Source: a virus
Lineage: Duplodnaviria; Caudoviricetes
Virus record (IMG/VR): IMGVR_UViG_3300028588_000055
Span: 1-36,995 of that record
Direction: 5' to 3' (one strand)
Length of the DNA stretch: 36,995 nt
Positions 17,879 to 27,763 of the stretch are shown piece after piece. The notes below the pieces were generated by a model that was not told where the DNA came from, did no database searches, and saw only the letters and a program-made list of their open reading frames with translations. The first letter of the stretch is position 1. The number at the start of each line of letters is the position of its first letter. The position numbers and the translations under genes are program-made.

Positions 17879-19524
17879 TGCCAAGGACTTCATTTAAGCC
17901 ACAACAACGAGCAGCAGCAACGGTACATCTACCAGCGCCGTCAGCGGGTCTCAATACACTTGATCCGCTGTCCAGTATGGACCCAGCGTACGGCCTGAGC
18001 ATTCAAAACTTCATCGCGACCAATCAAGGCCTGGCAGTGCGACAAGGCTATCGAAAATGGGCAACTGGTCTACCCGGCTCCGTGACCAGCTTGATTGCTT
18101 ACCACGCACGCAACAGCACATCGAGCCGACTGTTCGCCGTATCGCATGGGGGCCTCTACGACGTTACCAACGGGGGCGAGGTCGATTCTCCACTGGTGAG
18201 CGGCCTCAATCCAGATTACGGCTACTGGCAATACGCAGTGCAATCAGCCACCACCGCATCAAGTAACACGGTAGTTGCGGTCAATGGATACGACGCGCCG
18301 CTCATCTTCAACGGTTCGACCTGGACCCAAGCGAGCCAAGTCTCAACACCATCGGCTATTGGCGAGTTTTCCCGCCTAGACAACAACAGCCTCGAAGTTG
18401 ACATCAACCGTTTCGTTGATGTGATTCTGCATCAGCAGCGCCTGTGGTTTGTCGGCACCAACTCAACAACCGCCTACTACTGCGACATCGCCCAAGCTGG
18501 CGGCAAGCTGTATGCGTTCGACTTCGGTCCCCTGTTCCCAAACGGCGGACGACTCCACAAACTTGCTACTTGGACGACTGACGGTGGCGGATCAACGGGT
18601 ATCAAGGCCATGCTGGTAGCGATGTCGAACAAAGGCGATGTGGTCGTTTATCAAGGTACCAATCCGGCTGATGCGTCGAACTGGGGCTTGATGGGGCAAT
18701 ACAAAATGGGCTCGCCAGTTGGGCGCCGCTGCACTACTCAGTACGAGGGCGATTTGCTGGTATTGACTCAAGACGGTCTGTATCCGATGAGCCATCTGGA
18801 CTCAAACCGATTTGAAAACACATCGGCACTTACATACAAGATCACGCCGACGATCAGCAATCTGGCGGCTTCCTTATCGAACACTCCCGGCTTTGAGACA
18901 GCGTTCTATCCAGGCGCAAACCTGATGCTGTTGAATGTCCCGCAAAGCGTTCAAAGCAACAACTTCCAATTCTGTTTCAACACGATTACGAAAGGTTGGA
19001 CTCAGTTCACTGGCTGGCCGGCTCAATGCTTTGGTTTATACAATGATGCGTTTTATTTTGGCGGAACTGATTTTGTCGCACTGGCTTTCATCGGTTATCA
19101 AGATAACGCCGACATTAACGGCCAGAACGGTAACAACATCGTTGCCACGGCTATGACCGCATTCAATACGCTGGAAGAAGCGTTCGGCGTTGGTGTGGTC
19201 AAGCATGTGAATCAAGTAAAACCGTTCATCGTGACTGGTAGCTCAAACCCGAGTGTGCTTGTCGGCGTTAATACCGACTTTAATCTGACCGCAATTGTTG
19301 GTAGTGCGACGGTGAACCCTGTAACAGGCGCAGTTTGGGACAGCGCCAAGTTTGATGATCCAAATGCGACTTGGGTCGGCAATCTGACAACCTTTAATCG
19401 CTGGGCTGGTGTAGCCAGTTATCCAGGCTCTTATGTGGCAGTTACTTTATCAATCAGTGCAGCTACTGACACGCTTTGGACTGCCACTGACTTGCTGGTA
19501 GCGCCTGGAGGTCCATTTGCATGA
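17878..19524 (+). CDS. Tail nozzle / packaged-DNA stabilisation protein (P22 gp10-like)
   Basis: 548-aa beta-rich protein translationally coupled to the adaptor. Confidence 0.78.
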   Translation: MPRTSFKPQQRAAATVHLPAPSAGLNTLDPLSSMDPAYGLSIQNFIATNQGLAVRQGYRKWATGLPGSVTSLIAYHARNSTSSRLFAVSHGGLYDVTNGGEVDSPLVSGLNPDYGYWQYAVQSATTASSNTVVAVNGYDAPLIFNGSTWTQASQVSTPSAIGEFSRLDNNSLEVDINRFVDVILHQQRLWFVGTNSTTAYYCDIAQAGGKLYAFDFGPLFPNGGRLHKLATWTTDGGGSTGIKAMLVAMSNKGDVVVYQGTNPADASNWGLMGQYKMGSPVGRRCTTQYEGDLLVLTQDGLYPMSHLDSNRFENTSALTYKITPTISNLAASLSNTPGFETAFYPGANLMLLNVPQSVQSNNFQFCFNTITKGWTQFTGWPAQCFGLYNDAFYFGGTDFVALAFIGYQDNADINGQNGNNIVATAMTAFNTLEEAFGVGVVKHVNQVKPFIVTGSSNPSVLVGVNTDFNLTAIVGSATVNPVTGAVWDSAKFDDPNATWVGNLTTFNRWAGVASYPGSYVAVTLSISAATDTLWTATDLLVAPGGPFA

Positions 19525-20000
19525 GTAAGCGGATCATCGTTACAGATCAACAGTACGCACCTACATTCTTGCAATGGATGCGGGAACGTATTGGCGGCGA
19601 CATTGGCGAGTTTGACGCGAAGGAATGCCGAACTATCGCCCATGTGCTGATACATGACGATAAGCCAGCTGAAATTCTGGCTGTAGTTGCATTCAATCGC
19701 TGGAGCCCGTTTGCTTGTGAAGGGAACATCGCAAGTGATGGCACTAAGCGTTGGTTCAGTCGTGAATTCGCATTCACGGTTTATGACTTTGTGTTTCGTC
19801 ATGCGAACAAGACGCGTTTCAATTTTACGGTGTCGGTGGATAACAAAGAAGCAATCCAGATGCATGAAAGTTTGGGCCATGAATACGTGGCTAAACTTGC
19901 GGATGCGTTTGGAGAAAACGAAGATGCGCTCATTTATGGTTTAACGCGCAAACAATGGCAAGCTGGTAAATGGGCGAAGCCTTCAAAACAAAAGGAATAA
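19521..20000 (+). CDS. GNAT-fold virion assembly protein (P22 gp14-like position)
   Basis: VDNKEAIQMHESLG motif B; conserved position before the ejection genes. Confidence 0.75.
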   Translation: MSKRIIVTDQQYAPTFLQWMRERIGGDIGEFDAKECRTIAHVLIHDDKPAEILAVVAFNRWSPFACEGNIASDGTKRWFSREFAFTVYDFVFRHANKTRFNFTVSVDNKEAIQMHESLGHEYVAKLADAFGENEDALIYGLTRKQWQAGKWAKPSKQKE

Positions 20001-20004
20001 CGAA

Positions 20005-20226
20005 ATGGGTCAAGGCACTTCACCACCAGTAACACCAGCTACACCAGCTACGCCAGCAAATCAAGGCAATTCGGCATTAAACGATAAACAGATTCAAGCA
20101 ATGGTTATTGCTTTGGGAAGCCTGGGCAAACGTCCACAAACAGCAAGCATGGGTCAGTCGTCAATGGCAGCGCAGCCGCAAACACAAACAATGCAGGCTG
20201 GCAGCTTCGTAAACGCCCGCAAATAG
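20005..20226 (+). CDS. Small low-complexity protein, possibly virion-internal
   Basis: AAGGA RBS; TPA repeats. Confidence 0.55.
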   Translation: MGQGTSPPVTPATPATPANQGNSALNDKQIQAMVIALGSLGKRPQTASMGQSSMAAQPQTQTMQAGSFVNARK

Positions 20227-20302
20227 TAAATAACATTAATCGTTAAACCAACGAAAGGAGCGCTATCGCTCAATAAACAACTAATTGATTAAGGACGCGC
20301 AG

Positions 20303-22453
20303 ATGTCTAAAGGATCAGCACCACCGGCACCGGATTACACGGGTGCAGCCCAAGCGACCGCAGCAGGTAACTTGGAAAACTTGAATGCTCAAACGGTCGC
20401 AAACCGACCAGACCAATACACGCCGTGGGGATCGTCCACTTGGACATCGACGCCGAATTCTGACGGCACTACCTCATGGACAAACAACCTCACGTTGTCA
20501 CTAGCAGAGCAATCGGCTTTGGATTCGCAGCAGGCAATCCAACAGAATCAGTCGTCACTTGCGCAGACCATGCAAGGGCAGGTAGCGAACACCATGAAGA
20601 ACGGCTTTACTGCGCCGTCGATGGATTCGTACATGAGCGGCGTGCCGGCGGTAAATGCGAACTTTGCTGGCTTCTATCCGTCTGGCGTCGGTGCGGTCGA
20701 TCAACGCAACATCAACCCGAGCGCTTACACGGCCGGGTATGGCGGTCTAAGCCAGAACTTCAATTCCGGCGCACAACAAGCAACCAGTTTTAACGGCGGC
20801 CCCAGCCTTAACACGTCCTTCGGCACGAACACGCCAGGCCTGAACACCACGTTCAACAGCGGCACGCCAAGCATCAATAACACGTTTAGTTCGAGCGCTC
20901 CAGGCGTCTACACTCAACTGCAAAGCAGCGCATCGAACATCAACACCAACTTCAACAGCGGCACTCCTGGCGTCAACACCACGTTCAGCAGCGGAGCAAA
21001 TCCGGTCAACCAGAACTTCGCCAGTTCGGCTGGAGCACTCCAAAACACTGCCGGCGACGTCAAGGTCAACACCGACCCATCGGCCTATACCGCGCAAGCA
21101 GGTAACGTCAACTTAGGTGCGCCGCAGTTCGACCAGTCAACCGCGGATGCTGGAGCACAGGCGGCGTACAAATCGTCAACTGGTCTGCTTACCGATCAGT
21201 GGGACCAAGATAATAAGAACTTGGATTCACAGCTTCGCCTGCAGGGTCTGACACCCGGCACGGAAGCCTACAACAACGCGATGCAAAACCAGCTTCGCGT
21301 GCAGGGCCAGCAAAAGGACCAGCTCGCAAATCAGGCGGTAGTAACCGGCAACCAACTGGCGAACACGAACTACGCATCCGCGCTTGCAGGATACCAAGCC
21401 GGTAACGCAGCGCAGAACCAAGCGTACAGTCAAGGGCTCAACAACTTCACGGCTGCTAATACGGCGCTCGGCCAGCAATTCAATCAGAGCCTGTCCAATG
21501 CCCAGCTGAATAACACGGCAGCAGGGCAGCAGTACAGCCAAGACCTGCAAGGCTTTAACGCCAACAACGCCGCTCAACAGCAGCAGTTCGGCCAAGACGC
21601 TACTGGGTTTGGTTTGACGAACGACGCACGCAATCAAGCGTTCCAGAACTCGCTATCTGGCTTCAATGCGAATAACGCTGCGCTGGGTCAGCAGTACAGT
21701 CAAGACCTGCAAGGCTTCAACGCGAACAACGCAGCCCAGAATCAAGCGTTCACGCAGGATGCTACGGGCTTCGGCTTGACGAACGATGCACGCAATCAAA
21801 GCTATGCAAATGCGCTGAGCGGCTACAACGCGACGAATGCGGCTCGTAGTACTCAGTTCGGACAAGACCTGTCAGCGGCTAACTTCAACAACACCGCGAC
21901 GAACCAGCAATTCCAAAACAATCTGGCTGGATACAACGCGGTCAATTCGGCGAACAATACTCAGTATCAAAACGATCTGGCGAAGTTCAACGCGAACAAC
22001 AACGCATCGACTCAATCGTTACAAAACGGTTTAGCTCAATACGCTGCTGCATTGCAGGGCCAAAGCGCTTACAACAGCGCGGCGGGTCAAGCCTACAACC
22101 AAGCGTTAGGCACGTATGGCGCAAATCAGGCAGCCCAAGAGAGTTCAAATGCGGCGCAATCACAGGCCTATCAGCAAGCTATGGCCCAGTACCAGACCGC
22201 GTACCAGAACGCATACCAGAACTACTTGCAGCCGCTTAACAGCATGAACGCTGTGCTGACTGGTCAACAGGTCGCGATGCCACAGATGCCTAGCTTTGCA
22301 AGTGCAGGCTACACACCGGGTACGGACTACAGCGGCGCGGCCAGCGCTTTGGGTCAGTACAACTCGGGCGTGGCCGCACAAAATGCGGCAAACAGTAGTT
22401 CGACTATGGGCATGATTGGTTCGCTGGGTATGGCGGCAGCGGTGGCTTACTGA
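20303..22453 (+). CDS. Ejection/pilot (DNA transfer) protein with 11- and 18-aa repeats
   Basis: SAPPAPDY..AA N-terminus, N/Q/A-rich repeats, hydrophobic Gly/Ala C-terminus. Confidence 0.75.
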   Translation: MSKGSAPPAPDYTGAAQATAAGNLENLNAQTVANRPDQYTPWGSSTWTSTPNSDGTTSWTNNLTLSLAEQSALDSQQAIQQNQSSLAQTMQGQVANTMKNGFTAPSMDSYMSGVPAVNANFAGFYPSGVGAVDQRNINPSAYTAGYGGLSQNFNSGAQQATSFNGGPSLNTSFGTNTPGLNTTFNSGTPSINNTFSSSAPGVYTQLQSSASNINTNFNSGTPGVNTTFSSGANPVNQNFASSAGALQNTAGDVKVNTDPSAYTAQAGNVNLGAPQFDQSTADAGAQAAYKSSTGLLTDQWDQDNKNLDSQLRLQGLTPGTEAYNNAMQNQLRVQGQQKDQLANQAVVTGNQLANTNYASALAGYQAGNAAQNQAYSQGLNNFTAANTALGQQFNQSLSNAQLNNTAAGQQYSQDLQGFNANNAAQQQQFGQDATGFGLTNDARNQAFQNSLSGFNANNAALGQQYSQDLQGFNANNAAQNQAFTQDATGFGLTNDARNQSYANALSGYNATNAARSTQFGQDLSAANFNNTATNQQFQNNLAGYNAVNSANNTQYQNDLAKFNANNNASTQSLQNGLAQYAAALQGQSAYNSAAGQAYNQALGTYGANQAAQESSNAAQSQAYQQAMAQYQTAYQNAYQNYLQPLNSMNAVLTGQQVAMPQMPSFASAGYTPGTDYSGAASALGQYNSGVAAQNAANSSSTMGMIGSLGMAAAVAY

Positions 22454-23208
22454 TGCAAGGTCGAAGCTTCGATGAAGTCATGGCTTCGCACACTAGGATC
22501 GCCGTTCAGTTTAGCGGCGGCCGCGATAGCCTTGCGCTTCTGCTTGCAATGCGCCCGTATTGGGATCGCGTCACCGTGTACTACACGAACAGCGGGGATG
22601 CTTACCCGGAGACACAAGGGCTTGTTGATGCGGTCAAGTCCGCTGTGCCGCACTTCGTACAAATCGAAGGGCGAGTTAAGCAAGTACACGAGCAAATGGG
22701 CTGGCCTAGTGACGTGATGCAGCCAGGGGCAGGGTATCCGTTTGCGAAAGCCGACATCGATGGCTATGTGCCGCTGATCGATCGTCACAACTGCTGCTTC
22801 CACTCGATCATGAAGCCCATGCACGAGCGCATGCAGGCAGACGGCATCACGTTGCTGATACGCGGCCAGCGCGACGAAGACACGACCAAAAGCCATGTCA
22901 AAAGCGGCGACGTAATCGACGGCATCCAACTGCTATTCCCGATTGCCCACTGGACTACCGCACAGGTAGAGCAGTTCATCACCGATAACGGAATGCCTTT
23001 GCCGCCGTACTACAAGGAAGGGCTTACGTCAGCGCCGGACTGTATGCGCTGCACTGCATGGTTAGAGCATGGCTCCCATAAATACCTGATGAAACACCAT
23101 CCAGATGTGGCGTCTGAGGTGAGTGAGCGTTTAAAGAAAATCAAAGTCGTCGTTGAGCCGTTTATCAAGCGACTTTACGATGTACAGGAGACATTGAATG
23201 GCAAATAA
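22453..23208 (+). CDS. PAPS reductase-family PP-loop protein
   Basis: SGGRDS PP-loop, CC..MKP, RGQR, FPIAHWT and CMRC motifs. Confidence 0.85.
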   Translation: MQGRSFDEVMASHTRIAVQFSGGRDSLALLLAMRPYWDRVTVYYTNSGDAYPETQGLVDAVKSAVPHFVQIEGRVKQVHEQMGWPSDVMQPGAGYPFAKADIDGYVPLIDRHNCCFHSIMKPMHERMQADGITLLIRGQRDEDTTKSHVKSGDVIDGIQLLFPIAHWTTAQVEQFITDNGMPLPPYYKEGLTSAPDCMRCTAWLEHGSHKYLMKHHPDVASEVSERLKKIKVVVEPFIKRLYDVQETLNGK

Positions 23209-25252
23209 CTGGTACGGACAATTTGTTGATCTGATGGGTAACTCGACTCCATCGGACCCATCGAAATTCGACTACGACACAGCGGCGCAAAAGGTAAAGC
23301 GTCAACGAGCAGCAGCACAGGCACTGCAAGATTTCGGCGCCCAACAAAACCAAGGCCAGCTGATCAAAAATGGCGACTTCATCGGCTTTGCTGGTGGTAA
23401 CACATTGGGTTCGACTCTGGCGCGTTTGGCGTCAGCGGCCTTGAGTGTTCCTGCAAACGATGCAGCCGACAACGCACAAAAGCAACTGGGCGTGGACTCC
23501 CAGAATGCGATGGCTTGGGCACTTGATCCTAACAACTCGGTGGCCGCTCAACGTGCTGCACAAGAACAGATGCAGCGTGAAGCGGATCAAGAAGCGCAGC
23601 GCGAAACCGACCGCATGAGCCGTTCTGTGCAGGGCGGCGAGATCCTCAACAACACGCCTGATGACGCGGCAATGCAAACCCAGCCGGTCTATCTGGCAAG
23701 CACGGACGCCATCACGGCACTTCCGATGCCCAAGTTGGACACCAAGGCCGTCAAAGCAGCCGCGAAAGCTATCGCGAGTCCAGCTAGTGCGACGCCGAGT
23801 GCTCCACTCGGTACAAGCCAGAGCGCACAGTCGGTTGTTGGCGGTCCTCAGTCGTTCGGCACCGGCGCTGACGTCAGCCGAACACTTGGCCCTAAGACCA
23901 GTCTGCCAACTGGTGCGTCTGGTGCGCTGTCGCCGGATGAAATTGGGTTTGCATCAAAAATACTCGGCAGCGATGCAGCAAGTGCGCCAGTCGCTAAAGC
24001 CGCTCCGCCCGCGAAGCCGATGCTTCCACAAGTCGCAGCGACACCAGCTGTCCCAGGTATCCGTCCAGTGCCAGAACAAGGCCCATCGAATGCCCTGGCT
24101 ACGCAGGTTGCAGCGCCTGATACCGACCCAGCGGCCATGCTGGCCAACGCGTCGAAAGCGACCACAGTTGAAGGCAGAGCGCGTGCGCTTGGTATCGACC
24201 CAACCGCGCCACGTGGCCCCGGCGATCCATCCCTGATTGACCAGGTTAATTCTGTGCTCACCGCGCTTACGGGTGTGGCTGGTGGCGTCGAACCACAACG
24301 CGACGAGCGTTCGCTCGTGCAGCAAGCGCGTGATCAAGCCAACGCGAAGGCCAGCTTCGCAGATCAGATGGCGAATTTGCAGCAGCTCTCGCGTACTGGC
24401 CCGATGGGTCAGCAGCTCGCACAAAGCATGACGCAAGCACAGTTCAGCAAGGATTGGGGTGAGGTCAAGAACGCAGATGGCGCAACTATCGGCGTTTATA
24501 ACAAGCGCAATCCAAGCGAAGTTATGAACTTCAAAGGCACCAACGCGGGCACTAAAGTAATGGATGCCGCAATGAGCTTGGTAAAGAACACCGACCCATC
24601 AAACGCGGCAGCAATGCAGCGACTGAATGAAAACCTGACCGCATTGGGTCAGCAGCCTATGACGCCAGAGCAGGTATCTGGCATGCAGCTTTCGGCAGGT
24701 GATCGTACTGACAAAATCGTGGGCCTCAACAAAGCCCAAGGCGAGATTGCTAACGACATCGTATCGTCGAAGAACAACATCATTTCGATGCAAAAGGCGA
24801 TGGACGATGCACAGAAGATCGTCGCGCTGTCGGCAAGGGTCGGTAGCAAATACCCAGGCATTGCAACAATTGATCAGCTGATTAGCCGATACGGTAAGAG
24901 TGATCCTGACATCCAAGAATTACAGCAGTTGTACAGCCAAAACACACTTGAGGTTGCGCGAAATGCATTGCAAGGCCAAGGCCGTCTGAATCAAAGCGAA
25001 TTCGATGTGTTCGCGAAATCGACGCCGAACATGCAAACCAATCCGGCGGCTGTTGCTCGCTTGATGGCGCCTATGATCGGACTGCTCAACAACAAGATGT
25101 CAGTTGAAAGCGCAATCCAGAACGAACGCCTGAACCGTTACAAGTCGCTTGGTGGTGATCCATCGAGATTCGCGCAAGCCGACAATAACGGGGATCAGCA
25201 ATCTCAGCAAGGAGCTGCACCAACACGCACCGCGGGCAATTACAGGTTCTAA
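23198..25252 (+). CDS. Ejection / internal virion protein
   Basis: 684-aa Ala/Gln-rich helical protein in the ejection cluster. Confidence 0.7.
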   Translation: MANNWYGQFVDLMGNSTPSDPSKFDYDTAAQKVKRQRAAAQALQDFGAQQNQGQLIKNGDFIGFAGGNTLGSTLARLASAALSVPANDAADNAQKQLGVDSQNAMAWALDPNNSVAAQRAAQEQMQREADQEAQRETDRMSRSVQGGEILNNTPDDAAMQTQPVYLASTDAITALPMPKLDTKAVKAAAKAIASPASATPSAPLGTSQSAQSVVGGPQSFGTGADVSRTLGPKTSLPTGASGALSPDEIGFASKILGSDAASAPVAKAAPPAKPMLPQVAATPAVPGIRPVPEQGPSNALATQVAAPDTDPAAMLANASKATTVEGRARALGIDPTAPRGPGDPSLIDQVNSVLTALTGVAGGVEPQRDERSLVQQARDQANAKASFADQMANLQQLSRTGPMGQQLAQSMTQAQFSKDWGEVKNADGATIGVYNKRNPSEVMNFKGTNAGTKVMDAAMSLVKNTDPSNAAAMQRLNENLTALGQQPMTPEQVSGMQLSAGDRTDKIVGLNKAQGEIANDIVSSKNNIISMQKAMDDAQKIVALSARVGSKYPGIATIDQLISRYGKSDPDIQELQQLYSQNTLEVARNALQGQGRLNQSEFDVFAKSTPNMQTNPAAVARLMAPMIGLLNNKMSVESAIQNERLNRYKSLGGDPSRFAQADNNGDQQSQQGAAPTRTAGNYRF

Positions 25253-25255
25253 ACA

Positions 25256-27412
25256 ATGGCTGACGTAAACAACTTTATCAATACATACCTTCCGGCAGCT
25301 AAGCTTGCTGCCGCACAGTTGGGCACCGACCCATCCCATGTGTTAGCGCAGTGGGGTTTAGAGACTGGCTGGGGCAAAAGCGTCATTCCAGGTACTAACA
25401 ATCTGGGCAACATCAAAGCCGTAAATGGGCAGGCAGGCGTAGCTGCACGAGACAACCAACTAGGCACCGTCGATCACTACGCGGCATACGACAGCCCAGA
25501 AGCAGCGGCGCAAGCTTACGCTGATCTGTTGGACCACAACCGTTACAGCGGCGTGCGCGGCACTGCTGGCAATCCGGCTGCATTTATTGGCGGCTTGGTG
25601 AACGGCGGCTATGCCGAGGACAAGAGCTACGGCAGCAAGCTCAACAACGCAATCCAGACAGTCAACAAGACAGCGAAGGTTCCAACGTTGGACGACTTGA
25701 AGAACCAGCTCGCGCAACAAGTCACCGAGGACTACGCGAACGGCACCGATCCGGGCGAAATCGTTAATGGCCTGTTGAAGACCAAACTAGCCGGTTCTGA
25801 TGTCATGGACGCGTTGAAGAAAGGCGTGCCGGTGGATCGCATCATCGATGTGGTTGGAGGCGCACAGCTTGCACAGTTCAAAGCCAATGATCCAGGCGAG
25901 AAGGTCAAACAGCAGGGCTTCGTCACCAACGTGGCACAGGGCGCAGGTAACGCCGTTGGCGACCTTGCAAATGGCGCGCGGCAATTGGGCGACCGTGTTA
26001 CTGGTGACGATACCGCTTTGAAGGAACGACAGGCCGAACAAGCAGCGAAGGAAGCCGATCCTGCACGCCAAGCACTCGATAAAACTTGGGGCGGCAAGAT
26101 CGGTAACTTTGGCGTCAAGGCGCTGCCGTACATTGCCGCTGGTGTCGTAGCCCCAGAAGGGGTGATTCCCGCAGTACTGGCAAACGGTGTTGCAGGCGCT
26201 GCATCTGGTGCGTTGACGCCTACTACTGGTGATGGTCAGTTTTTGCGCAATGTGGGCAGTGAAGCCGCGCTTGGCGCAGTTGGTGGAGGTGCAGGCTACG
26301 CAGTAGGCAAGGGCATGTCCGCTGCTGCATCTAAGGTGCTTGGCGGTGACGCCGCAGCGACCGCGAGGCTTACAGCAGCACAGCATGCAGGGCTTCCAGC
26401 CGATGTCGCAAGTGTCAACGGTCCCAACGGGTTTTGGCGCAGTGTTGCTGACTCTATGCCTTCTAATGGCAACGTGGTCTCTTCTCAAGCTGCTGCTGAC
26501 AAAGCGGTAGCGGCTAAGGTTGCCGAAGGGCTTGGCCTAAAAGGCTATGAAGGACCGATCGATACCAACATGTTGAATGCTGCTCGCCCGGCGATCAAAC
26601 AAGCGCTTGACGACGCGACGAACGTTCAAGTCATGCTGCCGCAATCGTTAAAGGGTGATCTGCAAGCTATCGTGCAGCGCGGCACTAATCCGCTAACTGA
26701 CGGCATCGCAAACAACAGCACGGTTCATGCCGCGATCAAGAACTTGAATGCTGCCGTAGACGCAGGCGCTCCTGTAGCGGGCACAGACTTGCAAGGCCTC
26801 GCTAGCGAACTGAAAGGATTGCTGTACAACCAAGGCACATCACATGGTGAAAAGCAGCTTGCCGCCGACGTCATCGACAAGATCAACGGTTCGCTGACCA
26901 GCAACATGACGCCGCAACAGCGTGCGGCCTACCAGATTGGAAACGATCAGTACCGCAACCTTCTGGCAGTACAGAAGATGGTCAAGGCCAGCAATGACAC
27001 TGGTACTGTCACTCCGCGTCAAATGTTGCAAGCAGCAAAGACCGGCTCGTTCAGCAATGCATTCTTGAAGGGTGACGCGCCTTATCAAGACTTGGCCGGC
27101 GTGGCATCCGACCTGTACGGGCCAGCAGCAGGGAAGGGACTTGGCTCGGTCATTGGTAAGGCATTAGGGAATACAGCAGATCACAGCCTTATGGCAGCAG
27201 CCGTGTTGGAGCCGCATGCAGGTGTCCCGCTGTACTTGGGAAAGAAGGCTGCTAACGCTCTGATGGGCAAGCTCGCTAGCTCCCAGAACCCGACCATGAT
27301 TCGTTTGCTGACTGGTGCAGGCGGTAAGCCCATTGATCCAGCGCTTGCCAATGCTATCTCTCGTGCTTTGGGTGCAGGGGTAGCAGGGAGCACAGGTTTG
27401 CTTGGTAATTGA
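25256..27412 (+). CDS. Ejection protein with N-terminal GH73 (FlgJ-like) peptidoglycan hydrolase domain
   Basis: AQWGLETGWG, NNLGNIKA and GYAED..Y motifs; Gly/Ala-rich membrane-like segments. Confidence 0.85.
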   Translation: MADVNNFINTYLPAAKLAAAQLGTDPSHVLAQWGLETGWGKSVIPGTNNLGNIKAVNGQAGVAARDNQLGTVDHYAAYDSPEAAAQAYADLLDHNRYSGVRGTAGNPAAFIGGLVNGGYAEDKSYGSKLNNAIQTVNKTAKVPTLDDLKNQLAQQVTEDYANGTDPGEIVNGLLKTKLAGSDVMDALKKGVPVDRIIDVVGGAQLAQFKANDPGEKVKQQGFVTNVAQGAGNAVGDLANGARQLGDRVTGDDTALKERQAEQAAKEADPARQALDKTWGGKIGNFGVKALPYIAAGVVAPEGVIPAVLANGVAGAASGALTPTTGDGQFLRNVGSEAALGAVGGGAGYAVGKGMSAAASKVLGGDAAATARLTAAQHAGLPADVASVNGPNGFWRSVADSMPSNGNVVSSQAAADKAVAAKVAEGLGLKGYEGPIDTNMLNAARPAIKQALDDATNVQVMLPQSLKGDLQAIVQRGTNPLTDGIANNSTVHAAIKNLNAAVDAGAPVAGTDLQGLASELKGLLYNQGTSHGEKQLAADVIDKINGSLTSNMTPQQRAAYQIGNDQYRNLLAVQKMVKASNDTGTVTPRQMLQAAKTGSFSNAFLKGDAPYQDLAGVASDLYGPAAGKGLGSVIGKALGNTADHSLMAAAVLEPHAGVPLYLGKKAANALMGKLASSQNPTMIRLLTGAGGKPIDPALANAISRALGAGVAGSTGLLGN

Positions 27413-27421
27413 TTGGTCTGA

Positions 27422-27763
27422 TCACTTCACTGTAACGCAGCGGACATTACCTACTGGACCGCTGCACGTAACGGTAACTGACTTGCCGCCCTTGTGGTCG
27501 AAGTTTTCAAACGTCGCAGTAGCCGTCTCTTGTGCTGCTGAAGAAGCTGGGGCGGTAGTAACTGGTTCCACTGCGACAGCATTGCCTTCGACTTTTGGGC
27601 TGGAGAAGAAGACACCCTTTACCACAAGAGCCGTGATAAGAACGGTTGCTATGACGGCTCGGGCTGTCTTGTTCACAGCAGCAGCTATCGACGCGAGAAC
27701 GAGGAGCACGCAGGCTAGAACCCCAAGTATGTCGCGTCCGAAGGTAAGTATTGTGTCCATCAT
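27422..27763 (-). CDS. Membrane protein (moron), candidate superinfection exclusion
   Basis: Two TM helices plus a small Cys-pair C-terminal domain; antisense moron after the last ejection gene. Confidence 0.6.
   Translation of the reverse strand: MMDTILTFGRDILGVLACVLLVLASIAAAVNKTARAVIATVLITALVVKGVFFSSPKVEGNAVAVEPVTTAPASSAAQETATATFENFDHKGGKSVTVTCSGPVGNVRCVTVK

Noticed and set aside
22453-23208. Dnd/Ssp phosphorothioation system
   Set aside because: Only a lone PP-loop gene; no dndA/B/D/E or ssp partners
9459-26488. Long antisense ORFs (e.g. 9459-10148, 14020-14871, 25787-26488)
   Set aside because: Shadows of codon-biased structural genes, with no RBS or recognisable motifs
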